Assembly: GCA_016188215.1 (NCBI GenBank)
Contig: JACPIF010000001.1
Location: 5,923-69,922, forward strand
Length of the DNA stretch: 64,000 nucleotides
DNA from: Candidatus Woesearchaeota archaeon
GTDB lineage: Archaea > Nanobdellota > Nanobdellia > Woesearchaeales > JACPIF01
Direction of reading: 5' to 3'
This document shows positions 10,457 through 20,069 of this stretch, in pieces. The position numbers were made by a program, and so were the translations under genes. Each line of letters begins with the position of its first letter. Within the stretch, counting starts at the first letter, position 1. The notes under the pieces are model-generated. The model made no database searches. It saw only the letters and a program-made list of their open reading frames with translations, and was not told the DNA's origin.

Positions 10457-10725
10457 GGCTGCCTCCTCACCTGCTCAACAATCGTGCGGCGCATGCAGGC
10501 CGCGCAGAGCATGCCACCATAAGGGCGCTCCGGCCTTCTTGAGCTTTTGGCTGTCTTGCCCTGCATTGAAGGGCGAAGCCTCGTCGTGCCTTTCAGCACA
10601 TCTCCGCACTGCGCACAGTGCGCTGCCTTCGGCTTCCGGCGGGTATAATGGACTACTGTCCTGCTTCCAGGTGTGCGCGTATATACCCTGCGCATTGATC
10701 TTGATTTTTGTTTTCCAGATACCAT
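10453..10725 (-). CDS. rpl34e: Ribosomal protein L34e
   Basis: 90 aa, basic, with a C4 zinc ribbon (CAQCG…CAAC). Confidence 0.8.
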   Translation of the reverse strand: MVSGKQKSRSMRRVYTRTPGSRTVVHYTRRKPKAAHCAQCGDVLKGTTRLRPSMQGKTAKSSRRPERPYGGMLCAACMRRTIVEQVRRQP

Positions 10726-10838
10726 TTTTTATTGAAAATTCATTTGAAACAAATTTTTGCCAGTTTTTGAGAATAACTAGTGATTTAAAAACCTTTGCAC
10801 AGCCCTGCACAGCCTTTCAGCAAGCCTAATGGCAGTCT

Positions 10839-11582
10839 TCAATGTAGCTTCAGGATACGCTTCAGGCCCAGGCTGAACGCTATTGATGAGATTATATATA
10901 AGGCAAGCCAGCCAGGATGCCATGAAAAAACCTTAAAGCTGCCCAGAGGCATCATCTTCCTGTGACCAACTATAATTTTTTCTGCTATCCCGTCATTAAT
11001 CTCTTTTTCAGGCTTTTCATACTTGTGCAGCCCTGAAACAAGAACATCCTTTTGGTACACCTTATCATCATGCTTGAATTCAAGCACATACGACCCTTCT
11101 TCCTGCGGCATGATAATCCAGGTTACTTCAGGCTGGACCGGCTGCAATCTTTCACCATTTAGCATGAATGATGGAGGCACGACCAGCTCAACAGTGCCGT
11201 TTGCACCTGCACTGAATACAATAGTTACATTGAAATCAACACCGGGTAGAAGCGGCTCATATGCATAGTGCGAGCCAAGCCATGTAAAGATGAGAAGCAG
11301 CGGAATGAGCGTGAATAAGGTCGGTTTTAGAGATTTCATCATGTACTGCATATTAGCTTCCATCGCTTTCTTCTGCGATTCAATCATCTTTTTTGGATCC
11401 CCTTTATGCTCCTTCATCTTCTGCTGATGCGCCCTGATTTCGTCGCGCAAGCCTTTCATAATAACCTGATCAGTAGTGTACTTATAGACAAGAGTCGCGA
11501 CTAACGAGACAAAGAGAGATATTATCAGCAAACCAAGTGCGGGGTGCAATGCAAGCAATGGGTCAAGTATTGTAAATGCCAT
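10839..11582 (-). CDS. DUF106-family membrane protein (archaeal YidC/Oxa1/EMC3-like insertase homologue) carrying an inserted ~110-aa loop domain
   Basis: Topology TM1, coiled coil, TM2, then TM3. Located between secY and rpl34e, where DUF106 sits in archaea. Confidence 0.5.
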   Translation of the reverse strand: MAFTILDPLLALHPALGLLIISLFVSLVATLVYKYTTDQVIMKGLRDEIRAHQQKMKEHKGDPKKMIESQKKAMEANMQYMMKSLKPTLFTLIPLLLIFTWLGSHYAYEPLLPGVDFNVTIVFSAGANGTVELVVPPSFMLNGERLQPVQPEVTWIIMPQEEGSYVLEFKHDDKVYQKDVLVSGLHKYEKPEKEINDGIAEKIIVGHRKMMPLGSFKVFSWHPGWLALYIISSIAFSLGLKRILKLH

Positions 11583-11586
11583 AGTT

Positions 11587-12978
11587 TTATCCTTCCATAA
11601 ATCTTCTCAGTGCAGGATGCATATCCATCATATGCTGCTGCGCAATGTCCTCGTACAACTTGTAAATAATCATGACAGTAAGCAAAATGCCAGTGCCGTT
11701 GCTGAGTGCGCCAGAAAGGTCTGCAATTGCGGCGAGAAAACCTACTGTGAGGGCTCCCATAACTGTTAGAGGTTTAATATAACGGTCAAGCATCCGTTCC
11801 ATTATTCTTTCATCCTTCCTGAATCCCGGGATTTGCAAGCCTGAATTCATAATCTGCTTTGCCTGGCTCCGTGCGTCCATGCCGGCAGTCTGCACCCAGA
11901 ACCATGAGAAAAGGACAGAACCTCCCATGAGGAATAATATATAGACAATAGAGTGTGCAATATCTATCCCCTGAATGCTTCCAATAATAGTTCCTGACAC
12001 AATATTTGGAGGAGACAACCACGCAACTAATCCGGATTCAGGGGTATTTCCGGCAAAACTTCCTAAAATTGGCCAACCATAGTTCTGCAGCAGACGGGCC
12101 CATAATTGGATGTTTGCAATTAGAGCAGCTACGAGGATAACTGGAATATTGCTCGTATAGATAAAATTAAGAGGCCAGCGGATACCATAGCCGCGAACCC
12201 TGCCAAATGATAAAGGAATCTCTACTTTCATACTCTGCGCATAAACTGCAAATACAAAAACAAGAATTGTAGCCATCACTGCCGCAAACATTAAAACAGC
12301 TGTTTGAGGGTCTCCTGCGGCAAGGGATTGGACCAGTGCAGGAATGGCGCCAGTTGCAATATTCGGGTTTGTGGGGCTGGGGAATGGCGAAAGCGCACGG
12401 ATGACTATCTGTTCAGAGACATTGGCTGCTATAAACAGGGAAATGCCTGAGCCAAAGCCCCATTTGCTGACGACCTCGTCCATGAACATGATCAGTATGC
12501 CACCCAGGATAAGCTGGAATATCATGAGCAGCTCAAGCTGCAGGTATAGTGAACTGCCTGCTAGCTCTGCTGCAGGGGCAAGGCCACCCATGAAGACATA
12601 TATGCCGGCCTCAAAGATGATGAAGACGATGGATAGCAATTTCTGCGTGCCCTGGAATTTCTTCTTGCCTTCAGTGCTCTGCAGGTCAAATTTTACCAGG
12701 CCGGAGCCGTTAAGGAGCTGCAGGACTATAGATGCGGTCACAATGGGGCCAATACCAAGAGATATGATGCTGCCGAACCGAGCGCCTAAAATAATAGAGA
12801 GAAACTCAAACCGCTGCAAAGAATTCTGGCTCAGGCCGAATAATGGGACCAGGCCTAGAATGAAAAAAAGGCTTAAGACAATTAATGTCCACTTAAGCTT
12901 TTCCTTAAACGAAAGGCGGCGTTGGCTTGGGCTGCTTACTTCCGGCAGATTGTTTATCAGTGTCTGGAAAAAGCCCAT
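11587..12978 (-). CDS. secY: Preprotein translocase subunit SecY
   Basis: 463 aa, 10-TM protein following L15 in the canonical order. Confidence 0.9.
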   Translation of the reverse strand: MGFFQTLINNLPEVSSPSQRRLSFKEKLKWTLIVLSLFFILGLVPLFGLSQNSLQRFEFLSIILGARFGSIISLGIGPIVTASIVLQLLNGSGLVKFDLQSTEGKKKFQGTQKLLSIVFIIFEAGIYVFMGGLAPAAELAGSSLYLQLELLMIFQLILGGILIMFMDEVVSKWGFGSGISLFIAANVSEQIVIRALSPFPSPTNPNIATGAIPALVQSLAAGDPQTAVLMFAAVMATILVFVFAVYAQSMKVEIPLSFGRVRGYGIRWPLNFIYTSNIPVILVAALIANIQLWARLLQNYGWPILGSFAGNTPESGLVAWLSPPNIVSGTIIGSIQGIDIAHSIVYILFLMGGSVLFSWFWVQTAGMDARSQAKQIMNSGLQIPGFRKDERIMERMLDRYIKPLTVMGALTVGFLAAIADLSGALSNGTGILLTVMIIYKLYEDIAQQHMMDMHPALRRFMEG

Positions 12979-12995
12979 TGTTTTTATTTTAAAAC

Positions 12996-13442
12996 CTATT
13001 CCTTGAGCGTAACTTTGCCACCTGCCTGCTGCACCGCTTCAATAGCTCCCTGTGAAGCGTACTTTACGGTAATATTAAGTTTCCTGGTGACCTTGCCTGA
13101 GCCAAGGAGCTTATTGTAGCCTGCCTTGCCAAGGTCCATCGAGCAGCCCTGCGCATCTTTGGTGGCTGCCTGCCTTGCCACCAGCATGTCTACTTTCTCA
13201 TCAAGTTCCCGCACATTAATAACCTGCATCTTTTCCCGCGCACCATGGCGATGGAATCCATGTTTGCCAAAGTAATCTGCATCTTTCCAGATGCTAGGCT
13301 TCTTGGAATCCGCCCGCTTTCCAGTGCCAGACATGCCAGCGCCACCCTTGTGGCCTGAGCCCCTTCGCTTTTTCATGGAGCCGCCGCCATGAGTCTTGGA
13401 ACCACGCATCCTCACTGATTTCCTGCGCTTATGGACTACCAT
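12996..13442 (-). CDS. rpl15: Ribosomal protein uL15
   Basis: Gly/Lys-rich N-terminus (HGGGSMKKRRGSGHKGGAGMSGTGKR). Confidence 0.85.
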   Translation of the reverse strand: MVVHKRRKSVRMRGSKTHGGGSMKKRRGSGHKGGAGMSGTGKRADSKKPSIWKDADYFGKHGFHRHGAREKMQVINVRELDEKVDMLVARQAATKDAQGCSMDLGKAGYNKLLGSGKVTRKLNITVKYASQGAIEAVQQAGGKVTLKE

Positions 13443-13898
13443 TTATAGCATCCTCCTGATAAGGTCATTAATCTTATTGCCGCGGTAGCCGAGCGAGCCT
13501 GCTTTACTGAAAGGAGCTTTAATGCCCCGTCTGCCAAGACCGCCCTGCGGCGAGTTTAGCCTGAAGAATCTTTTACCCTGCCCACGCTTATCCTGGAGCT
13601 CCTTGAGCATAGCAGCATCAATCTCGCCCCAGGTGACATGGTCCTTTACCTTCTCAACCATACCCAGGTATGCCGCATTTTTAGGTATAACAACGCAAAA
13701 ATTGCGCTTGTACAGGCCAAGCATCTGCATGGTATGCTCAAACTCTGTCTTGATCGTGACATTGCCCCTGAGCCGGATGACTGCAATTTTATCTTTCTTA
13801 TCTTTCCCTGCTGCTTTTTCAGGTTCTGTGTTTTGTGCCTGATGAGCTACAACCTGCGCAACAATCTGCACTTGTTTTGCCTGCTTTGCTACGCTCAT
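13443..13898 (-). CDS. rpl30: Ribosomal protein uL30
   Basis: Carries the IAVIRLRGNVTIK motif in the core, with an N-terminal extension. Confidence 0.8.
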   Translation of the reverse strand: MSVAKQAKQVQIVAQVVAHQAQNTEPEKAAGKDKKDKIAVIRLRGNVTIKTEFEHTMQMLGLYKRNFCVVIPKNAAYLGMVEKVKDHVTWGEIDAAMLKELQDKRGQGKRFFRLNSPQGGLGRRGIKAPFSKAGSLGYRGNKINDLIRRML

Positions 13899-14707
13899 GC
13901 TACCCTCCTCACCCTGCCTTCAGTAATGCCCAAACTTGCAGACACGTCCTTAGGTACTTTAGTTGAGGTCAGCTGCTGCAACGCTTCCATGCAGGCACTG
14001 ATCAAATTAATTTTAGTTCCTGCCTTTCCAAGCGTCTTGGACCAAACATCCCTGATGCCGGCAAGGCGCAATATTTTCTGGCACTCTTTCTCCACCTTTA
14101 ATCCAGTGCCTTTCGGAGCAGGTATCAGCTCAATCTGCACGCTGCCGCATTTTCCACTAACCTTGAACGGGATAGAATGAGCCTCACGGCAGCCGCATTC
14201 CCAGCTCCCGCATCCGCGCCTGATTTTTATGATACTGATTTTTGCATTTCTCAGCGCTTTCTCACGCGCAGGAACAGTTTCCTTGCTCTTGCCGTATCCA
14301 ATGCCAACGTATCCGTCCTTATTGCCGACCACGGCGATAGTAGCAAACTTAGGCTTGTTGCCTTCCATAGTCTTCTTCTGAGTCTGCTTAAAAACCCGGC
14401 GCTGCCCGCCACCAAATTTCCCCTTTGATTGTCCAATCAAGAGCAGATCCATTTCAACATCAGGAAGCAGGATATCTGCAATCTCAGGCTCCAGGAAAGC
14501 CATGCCCTTGTCAAGGATATCATCTATGCGCTTGATTTCACCTGACTTGATCCTCCTTCCGAGCTCAGTTTTCGGATTCCATGATGCCACATCAAAGCTT
14601 GACTTAATGATTGCCTCTTCAGGAACTTCTTCAATAGGCTCAACGAGCTCAACAACAGGCTCCTCTACTTTCTTTTTCCTTGCTACTGGTTTAGGTTTAC
14701 TTGCCAT
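13895..14707 (-). CDS. rps5: Ribosomal protein uS5
   Basis: S5 core GYVGIGYGKSKETVPAREKALRNAKISIIKIRRGCGSWEC, with an N-terminal extension. Confidence 0.85.
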   Translation of the reverse strand: MASKPKPVARKKKVEEPVVELVEPIEEVPEEAIIKSSFDVASWNPKTELGRRIKSGEIKRIDDILDKGMAFLEPEIADILLPDVEMDLLLIGQSKGKFGGGQRRVFKQTQKKTMEGNKPKFATIAVVGNKDGYVGIGYGKSKETVPAREKALRNAKISIIKIRRGCGSWECGCREAHSIPFKVSGKCGSVQIELIPAPKGTGLKVEKECQKILRLAGIRDVWSKTLGKAGTKINLISACMEALQQLTSTKVPKDVSASLGITEGRVRRVA

Positions 14708-15284
14708 ATGCAGCCTCTATGCTTTTCTTGACAGCTTCGACATTCTTTGCCACATCTTCAGGCGCTATGCCATTCTTCAGGTACATGCTGAAATACCTGT
14801 CATATCTCTGCTTGTCTTTCTGCAGCACCTGCGCATATTTTGCCAGGATGCTGCCATTTATAGCATGATCGTTCGGGAGCATTTCAGGCGAGACCGGAAC
14901 AGAAATGCCTGCATCAATAGCACCTTTTGCAACAGCGTACACCTTTGACCCTTTCACTGAGGGTTGCAGGCCAATATCAAGGATTGCCTGCTTCACTTTA
15001 CTTTTCTGAGCTTTCTTGCCCAACAGATAGCCTACAAGGTATGCTGCGGGAATATTGCCGGTGTTTGCCTTCCAGCCAAGCTTTTTCAGCTCTTCACTTG
15101 CGGCAGACACCTTGACCAGATCGCCATCCTCGTTATATTCAACGAGCTGCGCGTACATGTGCTTTAAGGATTTGCGGACCACTAATCTTGTTTTCTCTGA
15201 CAGGAGTATCTTCAGGCGCTTCCTATAATTAGTCTTGCCTTCCCGCTTTCTCCTGTAATGGATTGTTTTTATCTGCTTAAGCAT
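14697..15284 (-). CDS. rpl18: Ribosomal protein uL18
   Basis: HYRRKREGKTNYRKRLKIL signature. Confidence 0.85.
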   Translation of the reverse strand: MLKQIKTIHYRRKREGKTNYRKRLKILLSEKTRLVVRKSLKHMYAQLVEYNEDGDLVKVSAASEELKKLGWKANTGNIPAAYLVGYLLGKKAQKSKVKQAILDIGLQPSVKGSKVYAVAKGAIDAGISVPVSPEMLPNDHAINGSILAKYAQVLQKDKQRYDRYFSMYLKNGIAPEDVAKNVEAVKKSIEAAYGK

Positions 15285-15741
15285 TGCTACCCTTCCCCTT
15301 CTTCAGGCCATGCTCTTCAATATAGAGCAGTATGTGGCGCCTGCTCCTGAAAAAGCCGCCGCCGGCCTTATGGTATAAATCACGATATACATCCTTGCTG
15401 ATGACATCCCTGCCGAGCAAGATGCGCAAGACCATGCGCTGGAGCCTGATCCTGGATATCCATGCAGTCTTGCCATGGTTGCGCACATTACCTGTTCCTT
15501 TCCGTGAGCCAGTCCCACGTTGCCTGCCTTTCCGCCTCTGAGCCTTATTATGCCTGATTCTGCCGCGCGAGGTGCCCTGTTTTGGTTCAATGACAATAAG
15601 ACCTTCTTTAATCAAACTCCTGATATCTGATTTAGTTATAGCTTCCTTTATCTCAGAGAGGTGCTCCTGGCTGAACTTCACCCTGTTAGGTGAGCAATTC
15701 CCGACATACGCCGCCAATCTCCTCTGTACCGTAAGCTGCAT
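15277..15741 (-). CDS. rpl19e: Ribosomal protein L19e
   Basis: RLAAYVGNCSPNRVKF plus RHNKAQRRKGRQRGTGSRKG. Confidence 0.85.
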   Translation of the reverse strand: MQLTVQRRLAAYVGNCSPNRVKFSQEHLSEIKEAITKSDIRSLIKEGLIVIEPKQGTSRGRIRHNKAQRRKGRQRGTGSRKGTGNVRNHGKTAWISRIRLQRMVLRILLGRDVISKDVYRDLYHKAGGGFFRSRRHILLYIEEHGLKKGKGSNA

Positions 15742-15743
15742 TG

Positions 15744-16373
15744 TTATTTCTCCTGCCTGGTCAATACCTTGTCAAGCTGCTTCTTATCCTGCTGCTTTTT
15801 TGATTCATCCTGCGATGCATCCTGCCTTTCCGCCTCTGTTGATTTTTTGTCTGCCCTATCTCCAGCAAATTTTTCTTCAGCGCTGGCAGCCCCAACATCC
15901 TTGGCATTCTTACCTTCAGCCTTCTTCACTTCAGGCGCAGGCTTAACTTTAGCAGATTTCCTCTGCTTTAGCTTCTCTTCCACAACCTTCCTGTATCCAT
16001 TCTGGTCAATATTGATAATAGAGATGCCGCGCTCATTTGCCTTGTCAACCAGCAGCAATTTTTTCCGCATGCCAACTGATCGCGCAATGACAGCTGCCTG
16101 CGTTTCCGCATTAAGCTGCATGAGTTCAGCGAGCGAGGATATTGTCACCATCTGCAAACCTTTCCCGGACAAGCCGCGGACACTTGACGGGGACTTGTAG
16201 CCTTTTGAAACAAGCGCCCGATAGCCTTTGAACTTGTGGCGCATCTTTGAATGCAATCCTTTCGGCCTCCTCCATTTCTGCGGCAAGCGCTTTACCTTAT
16301 GGGCGTCCTGCCTAAGGAAATCAGGTTTCCTTGTCTTCATTGCCTTCCGCAATCCTAGGAGCTTATCCATCAT
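15744..16373 (-). CDS. rpl32e: Ribosomal protein L32e with a ~75-aa Lys/Glu/Ala-rich C-terminal tail
   Basis: L32e core (DFLRQDAHKVKRLPQKWRRPKG…) followed by low-complexity KPAPEVKKAEGKNAK…KKQQDKKQ. Confidence 0.8.
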   Translation of the reverse strand: MMDKLLGLRKAMKTRKPDFLRQDAHKVKRLPQKWRRPKGLHSKMRHKFKGYRALVSKGYKSPSSVRGLSGKGLQMVTISSLAELMQLNAETQAAVIARSVGMRKKLLLVDKANERGISIINIDQNGYRKVVEEKLKQRKSAKVKPAPEVKKAEGKNAKDVGAASAEEKFAGDRADKKSTEAERQDASQDESKKQQDKKQLDKVLTRQEK

Positions 16374-16936
16374 ATCCCCTTACCATCCTTGTCAATGATG
16401 TAAATGCCGTCCTGAAAAATGCGCTTGTCATATGCTGCGCGCCTAGTTATAGCTTCAATCGCGGCAGCAGTCTGGCCAGCACTTTCCTTGCTTGAGCTTT
16501 CCACAATGATATGGTCGCCTTCAACCTTGACTTTTACGTTGCCGGAAAGGACAAGCGTTCTGGGTATCTTCTCGCCAAGGAAATTCTTGACGCTGAATTC
16601 GTTCTTATTGACCGCGACACTCATCGGAAAATGGCCAGAGCAGATTTTAAGCTTGTATACATGGCCCTGCGTAACTCCCCTGAATATGTTCCTGATGTGC
16701 GCCTTGAGCGAGCCGATAAGCTTGCGCTCACGTTTTGTGTCGCGCGGCGCAGTAAACACAAGTGAGGAGCCTTCAATAGCAGCCTGGACAGTAGCGGTGC
16801 GCAATGCACGCGATTCTGCAGCAGCAGATTTTCCTGTTACGGTGATGACGCCATTCGCAACGCTAACAGAAACTCCTTGGGGGATTTCAATAGCATCCCG
16901 GATTCCCTGCCTCACTTGCTTTTTCTCCTGCGCCAT
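16370..16936 (-). CDS. rpl6: Ribosomal protein uL6
   Basis: 188 aa with the two-domain L6 pattern and conserved position. Confidence 0.85.
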   Translation of the reverse strand: MAQEKKQVRQGIRDAIEIPQGVSVSVANGVITVTGKSAAAESRALRTATVQAAIEGSSLVFTAPRDTKRERKLIGSLKAHIRNIFRGVTQGHVYKLKICSGHFPMSVAVNKNEFSVKNFLGEKIPRTLVLSGNVKVKVEGDHIIVESSSKESAGQTAAAIEAITRRAAYDKRIFQDGIYIIDKDGKGI

Positions 16937-16948
16937 GTGTTTGTAGTT

Positions 16949-17338
16949 CTAATACACATATGCAACCAATCTTCCCCCTACGTGCTTCTTCTTTGCGTCA
17001 TACTGAGTCATAAGCCCCTGCTGCGTTGATACCACGAGGATGCCGAAATCCTTTGCGAGCAGGTAACGCTTCTCAAACTTCTCAAAATCATCCTTCTTTA
17101 CGGCATACCGCGGCTTGATTGAGCCGCACTTGTTAAGTTTGCCTAACAGATTTATCTTGAGGTATCCGCCTTTCCTGTTAGTGATGAGCTCAACATCACC
17201 TATATAATGGTGCGAGTGCAGCAGCTTCAATATGCCCACTAGCAATTTGGAAGCAGGCCTCACGGTACATTCCTTGCTGCCCCTCTGCTCTGCATTCAAC
17301 AGTTTTGATAATCCGGCTGAAACCAAGTCATTCATCAT
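16949..17338 (-). CDS. rps8: Ribosomal protein uS8
   Basis: 129 aa with S8-like sequence (…GDVELITNRKGGYLKINL…) in the conserved position. Confidence 0.85.
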   Translation of the reverse strand: MMNDLVSAGLSKLLNAEQRGSKECTVRPASKLLVGILKLLHSHHYIGDVELITNRKGGYLKINLLGKLNKCGSIKPRYAVKKDDFEKFEKRYLLAKDFGILVVSTQQGLMTQYDAKKKHVGGRLVAYVY

Positions 17339-17347
17339 AGTACACCT

Positions 17348-17578
17348 TTAGCTATATTTCTTGAAGCCCAGCTCCAGGGCCTTCTCGCGGAAGCACTGCC
17401 TGCAAAGGTCAATGCCATACTGCCCGATGTGGCCCCCGGTGCGACCGCAGCGCTTGCATTTCTTCAGGTTGAAGCCACAGCTCCTTGATTTGGGAGTGTT
17501 ATGCTTAAGGAACTTCTGCATAATCGCAGGCTTGCCTCTCAGCTGCTTGAGCATCTTCTTGTGCGAGCTGGTTGTCAT
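17348..17578 (-). CDS. rps14: Ribosomal protein uS14 (zinc-binding type)
   Basis: 76 aa with [29 protein letters not shown]. Confidence 0.8.
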   Translation of the reverse strand: MTTSSHKKMLKQLRGKPAIMQKFLKHNTPKSRSCGFNLKKCKRCGRTGGHIGQYGIDLCRQCFREKALELGFKKYS

Positions 17579-18124
17579 CTAATATTCATCCTCCATAATT
17601 GCTACGTTGAAATTCTGCTTCATGAATTCAATTGCCTCTTCCTTGCTGATAATGTGGCTGCCGTGCAATGGTCTTGACATGATCCTGCGCTTCTTGATCC
17701 TATAGCCTGGACGCTCCAGCGTGATGCAGACCTGCAGACCTATGATGCCGATGGCAGGATCGTATTTTGCGTTCGGGATGTCAATATATTCCCTGATACC
17801 GAATGCAATGTTCCCGTAACGGTCAATCTGTGCAGCTTTTAGCTTGTTGTCAACTGCTGAAAGCAGCCTTGGCACTATCTCCATTGCTTGCGCTTTTCTA
17901 AGAGTCAGCTTGCAGCCTATCGGAAGGCCAGGGCGGATGCTCCATTCGGGGATTCGCTTGGTGGTAAATGTCTTTACCGGCGTCAGGCCTGTAATCATCT
18001 TGAGGAGCTGCATGCCTTTCTCCAACTTTGCCTGATCAGCGCCTGCACCTATGTTCAAGGTTACTTTCTCTATCCTGATACGCTTCATGACCTGTTCCAT
18101 CTTATTTATCAGCCTTAGCATCAA
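17579..18124 (-). CDS. rpl5: Ribosomal protein uL5
   Basis: 181 aa in the conserved position between S4e and S14. Confidence 0.85.
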   Translation of the reverse strand: MMLRLINKMEQVMKRIRIEKVTLNIGAGADQAKLEKGMQLLKMITGLTPVKTFTTKRIPEWSIRPGLPIGCKLTLRKAQAMEIVPRLLSAVDNKLKAAQIDRYGNIAFGIREYIDIPNAKYDPAIGIIGLQVCITLERPGYRIKKRRIMSRPLHGSHIISKEEAIEFMKQNFNVAIMEDEY

Positions 18125-18797
18125 TCACATCAACCTGTATAGCGCTCTTGCCCTTGCCCAGCACGAATGCATAGGCTTTCGGCATTAGGAAAGTGTGCGC
18201 ATCACTCTTGCATACCAATCCGCTGTCTGAAATGCTCTCAACAATACCTATTGAGCCGAGGTGCTTACCTTTCGTTATATACACTGCAGCCCCACGCTCA
18301 AGCCTGAGCTGCTGCACAATCTTCTGGTCCGGAACTTCCAGCAGGAGCGTATCGCCTACCTTTGAGCTGTTGTCCCCGAACAGGTTCTTGCCATCGTGCA
18401 GGTTCAACTGGACTTTTCCAGCTACCATCGTCTTCCCGATTATCTTACAGGGCTTAAGATTGGCATCTGCAACTTTCATAGCGGCAATCTTGCCCTGCCT
18501 GTTGAGATGCATGCGATAGTTTTCCTTTATTTTTGGAATCGTGATGACATCAAACAAGCCGACAATCCTCTTGTGGTCCTTTACCCTCCTGCCGTCAACC
18601 AGTAACTCTTCAGTATGCAGCAGCCTCTTGACCTCTCTGGCGGTGTCTGCAAAGTGCAGCAGTTCACGCAGCACTACCAGCAGCGGCAGACCCTGCTCAG
18701 CAGGATGGCTGCCTCGCGGCTTTACAATAAAAGTTATGCCCTTTCGCTTGATGGGCCATGTCTTAGGCGCGCTTATGCGCACTAGGTGCCTGCTCAT
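18102..18797 (-). CDS. rps4e: Ribosomal protein S4e
   Basis: N-terminus MSRHLVRISAPKTWPIKRKGITFIVKPRGSHPAE. Confidence 0.85.
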   Translation of the reverse strand: MSRHLVRISAPKTWPIKRKGITFIVKPRGSHPAEQGLPLLVVLRELLHFADTAREVKRLLHTEELLVDGRRVKDHKRIVGLFDVITIPKIKENYRMHLNRQGKIAAMKVADANLKPCKIIGKTMVAGKVQLNLHDGKNLFGDNSSKVGDTLLLEVPDQKIVQQLRLERGAAVYITKGKHLGSIGIVESISDSGLVCKSDAHTFLMPKAYAFVLGKGKSAIQVDVIDAKADK

Positions 18798-19177
18798 TGT
18801 TTCCTCGCCAGAGATGCAACACGCTCCTTGTCGTCTGTCACTATATCCAGTATTGTTATATTGCTCGGATGCAAGCCAACAGGCGACTTGCTGCCGTCTT
18901 TCTTTATCCTGTCAATGCCTTCCAGGTAGACTAGCTCACGCCGCACATCAACCCTACTTACCTTTGCAGTCTTGTCCTTGAACGAGCCGCGCTCTACCTT
19001 GACCCTGTCGCCTTTCCTGACCACTGCTGAGCGCTTGCTATATTTCTTCCTTAGCTCCTTGCTCAGGTGAGCTGCCATGAATTTGCGCTTTAGATGCAGC
19101 GGCGCGTTGTAGCGGTACTTACGCTGCTTCCTTCGCTGCGAGCTTTCAATCCATTTTGCTGAAAATCGCTTTTCCAT
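18794..19177 (-). CDS. rpl24: Ribosomal protein uL24 (KOW)
   Basis: VRKGDRVKVERGSFKDKTAKVSRVD. Confidence 0.85.
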   Translation of the reverse strand: MEKRFSAKWIESSQRRKQRKYRYNAPLHLKRKFMAAHLSKELRKKYSKRSAVVRKGDRVKVERGSFKDKTAKVSRVDVRRELVYLEGIDRIKKDGSKSPVGLHPSNITILDIVTDDKERVASLARKQ

Positions 19178-19212
19178 TGTTATTTTTTAATTGTTCTTGC
19201 TCATCCTTGTTC

Positions 19213-19614
19213 TTACACTACGATACTTGCCAGCTTGGCAATTCCAGGATACCTGTCGCACACTTCTTTTGCGACCGCACCTTTCAGGATAGTCCCCTTA
19301 GGATTCCCCTTGTCGTCTTTCAACACGATAGCTGCATTGTCTGCGAATTTCACGCGCATGCCATCAGGACGCCTGAACTCCTTCTTCTGCCGTGCAATGA
19401 CTGCAAAGACAACCTGTTTCCTCATGTCAGGCCGGCCTCGCTTGACTGATGCCATGATCATGTCACCAATGCCTGCCGAAGGCTTCCTGCCCTTCACAGT
19501 CTTCTGGTTGAACACTGCAGTGATCTTGATGCTCTTTGCCCCTGAATTGTCGCATGTATCAACCCATGCCCCCAACGGAAGGGCTCTCGGAATGCTTGCC
19601 TTAACTGCCTGCAT
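19213..19614 (-). CDS. rpl14: Ribosomal protein uL14
   Basis: 133 aa with L14 signature and position. Confidence 0.85.
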   Translation of the reverse strand: MQAVKASIPRALPLGAWVDTCDNSGAKSIKITAVFNQKTVKGRKPSAGIGDMIMASVKRGRPDMRKQVVFAVIARQKKEFRRPDGMRVKFADNAAIVLKDDKGNPKGTILKGAVAKEVCDRYPGIAKLASIVV

Positions 19615-20048
19615 TATGCCTCACCTTCTTTCTCTTCTCCTGGAAAACCTTTGACAGCCTGCTTTACCTTGCCCTCTGCCTTCAGCTCCTGCTTCTGCGC
19701 AAAAAGGATATCCTGCCCAATCTTCTGGACGACTACAAAATGCTTGGTCTTGGATAGCGGCCTGCATTCATGGATCCTGACCAAGTCGCCAATCTTTGCG
19801 GCAATGCATGATGGGTTGTGCACTCTGATGCGGCTTCTCCTTTTCTCGTACCGCTCATACTTTGGAATAAAGATCCTGCGCCCCCATTCAACAGTTGCAG
19901 ACTTATGGACATCTGCAGCCACCACTACTCCCGTGAATGACTGGCCCCTTACCTTCAGGCTGCCGTGGAACGGACACTTCTTGTCAGTGCACGATTCCTT
20001 TGGCGGCTGAACCTTGATTCCGATACTTTTGGTTACTGTTTTTGCCAT
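19614..20048 (-). CDS. rps17: Ribosomal protein uS17. The track ORF runs to 20150, but the likely start is MAKTVTK at 20048.
   Basis: S17 OB-fold core (GSLKVRGQSFTGVVV…IHECRPLSKTKHFVV). The upstream 34 codons overlap GC-rich repeat copy A and look non-coding. Confidence 0.75.
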   Translation of the reverse strand: MAKTVTKSIGIKVQPPKESCTDKKCPFHGSLKVRGQSFTGVVVAADVHKSATVEWGRRIFIPKYERYEKRRSRIRVHNPSCIAAKIGDLVRIHECRPLSKTKHFVVVQKIGQDILFAQKQELKAEGKVKQAVKGFPGEEKEGEA

Positions 20049-20069
20049 TTTTATTTTATGAAATTTTGA

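Noticed and set aside
10227-10829. 200-aa plus-strand ORF
   Set aside because: Antisense to rpl14e and rpl34e.
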